DNA from: a virus
IMG/VR virus record: IMGVR_UViG_3300046683_000929
Span: 1 to 64,000 of that record
Reading direction: 5' to 3' (one strand)
DNA: 64,000 nt
Below are positions 59,590 through 64,000 of the stretch, piece by piece (within the stretch, counting starts at the first letter, position 1; every line of letters begins with the position of its first letter). The position numbers were made by a program, and so were the translations under genes. The notes beneath the pieces are model-generated. The model searched no databases. It had not been told where the DNA came from and was given only the letters and a program-made list of their open reading frames with translations.

Positions 59590-60429
59590 TTAACTATCTA
59601 TCTCTATGCTTATCAAATCCGGAGAATTAATTGGGCCAGTATTGGTAAGCGTATATGTCCCAGCTGCTGTTATAGTAACCTGGCTAATAATAGTTACCCC
59701 GTTTTTAACGAGTCTCAAATATATAGGATATGCAGGAACGGTACCCGTCAAGGTAGCGCTTATGGTGCCTGAGCTTAACGATGCTGTATAATCGCTTTGA
59801 GTGCCAGCAATGGTCGCATTGTTAAATGAAGCTGGAATACCAGAGGCCGTTCCATTTCTTACATCGGTAAACACCATACCAAAAGAGGCATTCACACTGA
59901 TATTGTTAGGCGTCGGACTTGGATTGTTTACCGTTACGGGCGATGTATATGCGCTGGCATATACTGGAGTAGTTGAGCTATCGCATATTCCGCTTCCTGT
60001 AACCAGGTAATCTCCATATAATCCTGCAATCAATGGAATACTGAATGTCCCTGTTTGCGTACCAAAATCATGGAAGTATAGTGAATTGCCGCCATTGGGA
60101 TCCTGGACATTAACATGGATCTTAGTTTGAGCTCCAGCCAAGGTAGCAGTAACAGATATATTGCTTCCGGATTTGATTGCCGTAAAACTAACGGGGGCAG
60201 TACAGCCTATCGTTTGGCCAGCAACCCATGGAGAAAAGGCACCATTGCTGCATAGGCTCCGGACTCCAACTTCATATTGCGCAGATGGAAGGCCATTGAT
60301 ATCAAATGGCAATTGGTCTGGCGTTTTTGTTAGTACAGTAAACGAAGCGCCAGAGCCCAATACGCGATACCTGATATGAACCGAAACTGCGCCATCTACA
60401 TCATTGGCCGCTATTGTAAGCTTTCCCAT
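59590..60429 (-). CDS. Fibronectin type III/Ig-like virion protein
   Basis: IRYR...INGLPSAQYEVGVRSLC FN3 signature. Confidence 0.65.
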   Translation of the reverse strand: MGKLTIAANDVDGAVSVHIRYRVLGSGASFTVLTKTPDQLPFDINGLPSAQYEVGVRSLCSNGAFSPWVAGQTIGCTAPVSFTAIKSGSNISVTATLAGAQTKIHVNVQDPNGGNSLYFHDFGTQTGTFSIPLIAGLYGDYLVTGSGICDSSTTPVYASAYTSPVTVNNPSPTPNNISVNASFGMVFTDVRNGTASGIPASFNNATIAGTQSDYTASLSSGTISATLTGTVPAYPIYLRLVKNGVTIISQVTITAAGTYTLTNTGPINSPDLISIEIDS

Positions 60430-60441
60430 TTTAAATCAAAC

Positions 60442-60675
60442 TTAATGTGAAATTGTTTGCTGAGCTACAGCATCCTGGCAATCGTTGCTAAAATATTTTA
60501 CTATATAATCCGGCACATCCGGCACTCCGGTTATTGTTCCGGAAACAGTAGACCCAAACGGGCCGGTAAATGTTGTTTGCCCAATCGGCGTATTAGGAAA
60601 TAAAGCATCATAGGCAACTGCCACATAATTGCCGGAATATCCTACTGCCGGTTGAAAGCTAATATTTAATGTCAT
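60442..60675 (-). CDS. Small beta-rich virion protein
   Basis: Ig/FN3-like pattern. Confidence 0.5.
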   Translation of the reverse strand: MTLNISFQPAVGYSGNYVAVAYDALFPNTPIGQTTFTGPFGSTVSGTITGVPDVPDYIVKYFSNDCQDAVAQQTISH

Positions 60676-60713
60676 AATAATTTACGTTAAAAATAAACAT
60701 TTACTATCATATC

Positions 60714-61721
60714 TTAAAATGTCGTTTTGGTTAGCGTATTTGTCGAAACAACATAGTCAAGCTGTAGAACAGGTGAGCCTATACCAATTCCTACTGTGCC
60801 ATTCGCACCCGCAGTTACGTTAGTAGAATAGCTGGTTACACCCGGTGAAGACACAGCCGAAACGCCAGGTATCATCAACCCGCCGCCATAATCTCCCATT
60901 ACCAAGTGACCCTGTGTAACATCTCTCAATGCATAGGATCCACTTACAGCCTTAATAGAGTCACTTCTTCCCCTTACGATAAATGTAAAATGATCAATTG
61001 CGGGATATTGCGTAATAAAATACGCCATATTTACCCCAAATCTTCTTGTCGGAGGGCCGGATAGTTTATCAGAAGACAACAGATAACAGTTCGCCGGATC
61101 ACGTCCATCGTCTGGAAACCGAAGAGGTCCACCATTTGCGGTAGAAGATACTATATTACCTGTTTCGGCTACACCTATAGTATCACAATAAAGACAAAGA
61201 TCCGCATATACATCAACCAGGTAATCGATTAGAAGTGTAGAAATTAAAGTATCATCAATACAGAAACCATGCGCATTGGCGTAATCCTGCCCATTTGCCG
61301 CTATATCAGCCAGGGCCTGATCGTTTGCATTTGCCAAACTTATTAGGCTACTATAGGTACTGGCAGGCACTACATAATCTACTGCAGTTCCAGATTGCGG
61401 GGAAACACAATCATTTCTTGTAAAAACCTCGTGCTGTCTGTCATTATAATATACAGTAGGGGATGGCGTTGTATAATCGTGCGTTATGCTTGTGTTAGAA
61501 CATGCTGCACTTACCCATACTGTATATTGGGTCCCAATCGCCAGCCCTGATATAACAACTGCAGGTACAAAATTACCGCTTGGAGACACCTGAAAATCGC
61601 CAACGTTTGTGTAGCTTCCGGCAATATCCGAATCAGATGTCACCCTGTACTTCACATTGACAAAAATATTTTGAACAACAGGATTGCCGAGAGTGACCGA
61701 TGTTAAGGTTATTGCTGCCAT
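60714..61721 (-). CDS. FN3 + DUF5977 domain virion protein
   Basis: ISGLAIGTQYTVWV; YYN...FTRNDC...YSSLIS...AN..A......GQDYAN..G.C. Confidence 0.75.
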   Translation of the reverse strand: MAAITLTSVTLGNPVVQNIFVNVKYRVTSDSDIAGSYTNVGDFQVSPSGNFVPAVVISGLAIGTQYTVWVSAACSNTSITHDYTTPSPTVYYNDRQHEVFTRNDCVSPQSGTAVDYVVPASTYSSLISLANANDQALADIAANGQDYANAHGFCIDDTLISTLLIDYLVDVYADLCLYCDTIGVAETGNIVSSTANGGPLRFPDDGRDPANCYLLSSDKLSGPPTRRFGVNMAYFITQYPAIDHFTFIVRGRSDSIKAVSGSYALRDVTQGHLVMGDYGGGLMIPGVSAVSSPGVTSYSTNVTAGANGTVGIGIGSPVLQLDYVVSTNTLTKTTF

Positions 61722-63769
61722 TATGATACGGAACCCGTCATGTTAGTTACCGGCGCACAAGTGGCGCCAGCTGTAAATACTCCCGAAACATTAGTTGGTG
61801 ATGTACATGCCGGAGCTGTACATGCTGCCACGATAGCACAGAATTGGGCAGACAGCGTACTATCTCCCGAGATCGCACTCAGTATTATTTTTGCAATGTC
61901 AGGGAAATAAAACCGCGCACAAGAATCATTCTTTAGCCCAAACAGCCCATCGGTAGATATTACCGTAGCCGTGGATGGCAAAAATGAACTCTTATACATT
62001 TCGCAACCAACTACCACAGATGTTATCTTGTTAAACAAAGCACATTGCTGAGCTATGACGGTAGATAGCAAATCGGAAACTGGAACGGTCGGATCAATAG
62101 CTGTCGTAACCACAGCACCGGTAGAATCAAATGAGCAGATGTTTTTCCCAGATAATCCAAACAAAACCTGAGTCGCATCAAGCGCACATATATAGTCCAT
62201 TATCTGTGTAAGAATGCCAGACAAAGTGATACACGCTCTGTTAAATTGCCTGGTAACATATCCAGATCCAATTTGCAAGACAAGATCCGTTATTACATTT
62301 GGATTTGCATTACTTACTATACTCACAGAAGTAGAGTCCGCATCCAGGTTAACTGTAAAAGTTCCCAAAGATAGGCCATTGAGCCATGCTGAAATACCGG
62401 CTGCATTTGTCAACAGCAGGGTTGACGGCGCGGCATAAACCGTGCCTGCAATTTTTATCGATGTTACGATTTTTCCTGCAGGTATCTGTTCTACTAAAAG
62501 GTAATCACAATTTGTTATCGTAACAATACAATTGCTTGTTATACCGCTTAAATCCACGCCAGAGCCAACAGACCCAATTATTAGCTTTAATAATGCTGTT
62601 AGCTCTTCGCTATCCTGTATTTGCGTAAGCATAGTTAATGCCAACGCGGCATAATCAAATCCTATACTATAAATAGTCCCGTATTGAGAATCTACCCTTG
62701 TGATCGAAAAATTTGTATCATTAATGTCCTGTTTTGTGAATTGGAATATTTTTGATGATATAGTGTATTGCGTAACAGAACCAGCCGTAGAGGCCGAGAC
62801 AGTAACACCACCAGCCTGGACAATAGCAATGCTACTTCCATCACCGCCCGGAGTAATTCGAGTAGGCTCTAATAATATAGGAATACAATTGCAATCGCAG
62901 TCAAGAATTTGCTTTATTTCAGAAACTTCTTTCGATGCATCTTGGCCGAGCTTTTCTTTTACCAAGGCAACATCCAATGGTATCCCAACCCTATCCAGTT
63001 TATCCTTGGCATCAATGCCCCTTTCCGATTTCGGGGCCTTGTCATAAACCTGTTTAGCATCATAAATGCAGCATAACACGCTGGATAATGACGACTGGCA
63101 ATCGACAGAAAATTTTAAATTAGTAAAATATTTTATTTCTACAAACACGCTGTCCTCAAGATCGTATCGTGCTGTAGAAACGTTTTTAACCAAGTAGTCG
63201 CCGGTATATAAAACATCTACAACAAACGGCGTAAACTCAAATGGGACGTCACTGATTGTTCCTTGCGGATAAAACAGATTGCCAGATTTCGAGAAAGAAG
63301 CTGGCTGCTTTGATAGATAATTAAAAGGGGTCTGCTCACCTATTTTAATGGAAGGAGAATAGCAGTTTACGTCAGCATCCATTATCCCATTAACATAACC
63401 TTTATCAGTCAGGCCGACTGGAGGGCAAATGTTTTTCTGAAGCGGGATACTATAATCATGCCCATCGGAATCGCGAATAACGCCTGTTATATTCCACCAG
63501 CCAAAAGTATATTGCTGCGATGGTATATCAACATCTAAGGTTAATCCATCGGCAGGCACAATCGCAGGGTTTGTAAAATCGATATCCAATAACGTAATTC
63601 TTACAGGATCGGTTATCTTGAAACAAACGCCCTGGACATTCGTTAATCCACTTCCAATGAAAGTGGTTAAACCGGTTAGGTCAAAGGATATTTTTTTATC
63701 ATAAAGCTTAAACACGGTAGTAAACCCAAAGGTTCCTATATTCGAGCTATTAATGTTTATTGGATTCAT
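61721..63769 (-). CDS. Cys-rich structural protein
   Basis: 682 aa, Ser/Thr/Cys-rich (CDCNC), in the late operon. Confidence 0.6.
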   Translation of the reverse strand: MNPININSSNIGTFGFTTVFKLYDKKISFDLTGLTTFIGSGLTNVQGVCFKITDPVRITLLDIDFTNPAIVPADGLTLDVDIPSQQYTFGWWNITGVIRDSDGHDYSIPLQKNICPPVGLTDKGYVNGIMDADVNCYSPSIKIGEQTPFNYLSKQPASFSKSGNLFYPQGTISDVPFEFTPFVVDVLYTGDYLVKNVSTARYDLEDSVFVEIKYFTNLKFSVDCQSSLSSVLCCIYDAKQVYDKAPKSERGIDAKDKLDRVGIPLDVALVKEKLGQDASKEVSEIKQILDCDCNCIPILLEPTRITPGGDGSSIAIVQAGGVTVSASTAGSVTQYTISSKIFQFTKQDINDTNFSITRVDSQYGTIYSIGFDYAALALTMLTQIQDSEELTALLKLIIGSVGSGVDLSGITSNCIVTITNCDYLLVEQIPAGKIVTSIKIAGTVYAAPSTLLLTNAAGISAWLNGLSLGTFTVNLDADSTSVSIVSNANPNVITDLVLQIGSGYVTRQFNRACITLSGILTQIMDYICALDATQVLFGLSGKNICSFDSTGAVVTTAIDPTVPVSDLLSTVIAQQCALFNKITSVVVGCEMYKSSFLPSTATVISTDGLFGLKNDSCARFYFPDIAKIILSAISGDSTLSAQFCAIVAACTAPACTSPTNVSGVFTAGATCAPVTNMTGSVS

Positions 63770-63796
63770 CCTGGATAATTAAAAAAATATTAATTT

Positions 63797-63838
63797 AAAA
63801 AAAGGCATTGGTTCCGGAGTTACCCATCATCCAATGCC
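63797..63838 (-). terminator. Intrinsic terminator
   Basis: GGCATTGG/CCAATGCC plus T7 on the minus strand. Confidence 0.55.
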
Positions 63839-64000
63839 CTCTGTTTGGGAGCAAATACTACCCGGCTGTAACGGATAGATTCTTTGGCGTAATTTCTCCC
63901 ATTAAACTCTTAACGTCCGCAGCCGCAGCCACCCCCGTTTTCGTCATCGTCGCCGCCATTTCTGAATTGTTTTTTCATGGCCATTATTTTAAGGGTTAAA

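Noticed and set aside
31835-63047. Numerous + strand ORFs in the right arm (and - strand ORFs nested in left-arm genes)
   Set aside because: They are antisense shadows of long genes with no start context or motifs.
1-64000. Integrase, terminase, portal, major capsid, DNA polymerase, endolysin, Ro60
   Set aside because: None was recognisable in this window; they presumably lie elsewhere, so lifestyle and taxonomy cannot be fixed from this sequence.

Overview
This window looks like 64 kb of a large tailed phage infecting a Bacteroidota host. The host call rests on TAnnTTTG -7 promoters, A-rich SD-less starts and signal peptides ending in Gln. There are two convergent arms meeting at a bidirectional terminator near 28.2 kb. 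The + arm (1-28.2 kb) is a dense run of small early/middle genes. It includes two PAPS-reductase-family proteins, a cytosine methyltransferase-like protein, ParB-like, ASCH, DUF5131 and AAA ATPase proteins, a type III hammerhead ribozyme and several repeated intergenic motifs. The - arm (28.2-64 kb) holds a putative lysis/membrane cassette with an orphan receiver domain, fibre-like proteins, a 3029-aa putative ejected protein and podovirus-like tail genes. The most striking element is an RNA island at about 36.05-37.6 kb. Five tRNAs (Leu-UAG, Leu-UAA, Ser-GCU, Ser-UGA, Tyr-GUA) sit directly behind an intrinsic terminator. That terminator is preceded by a 24-aa leader ORF with 11 consecutive Leu/Tyr/Ser codons and an embedded antiterminator, which is the layout of a ribosome-stalling attenuator that would turn the tRNAs on when those tRNAs run short. 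Downstream lie two circularly permuted, anticodon-less tRNA mimics (YrlA/Y-RNA-like). All protein calls come from motif recognition by eye; no database searches or folding programs were run.
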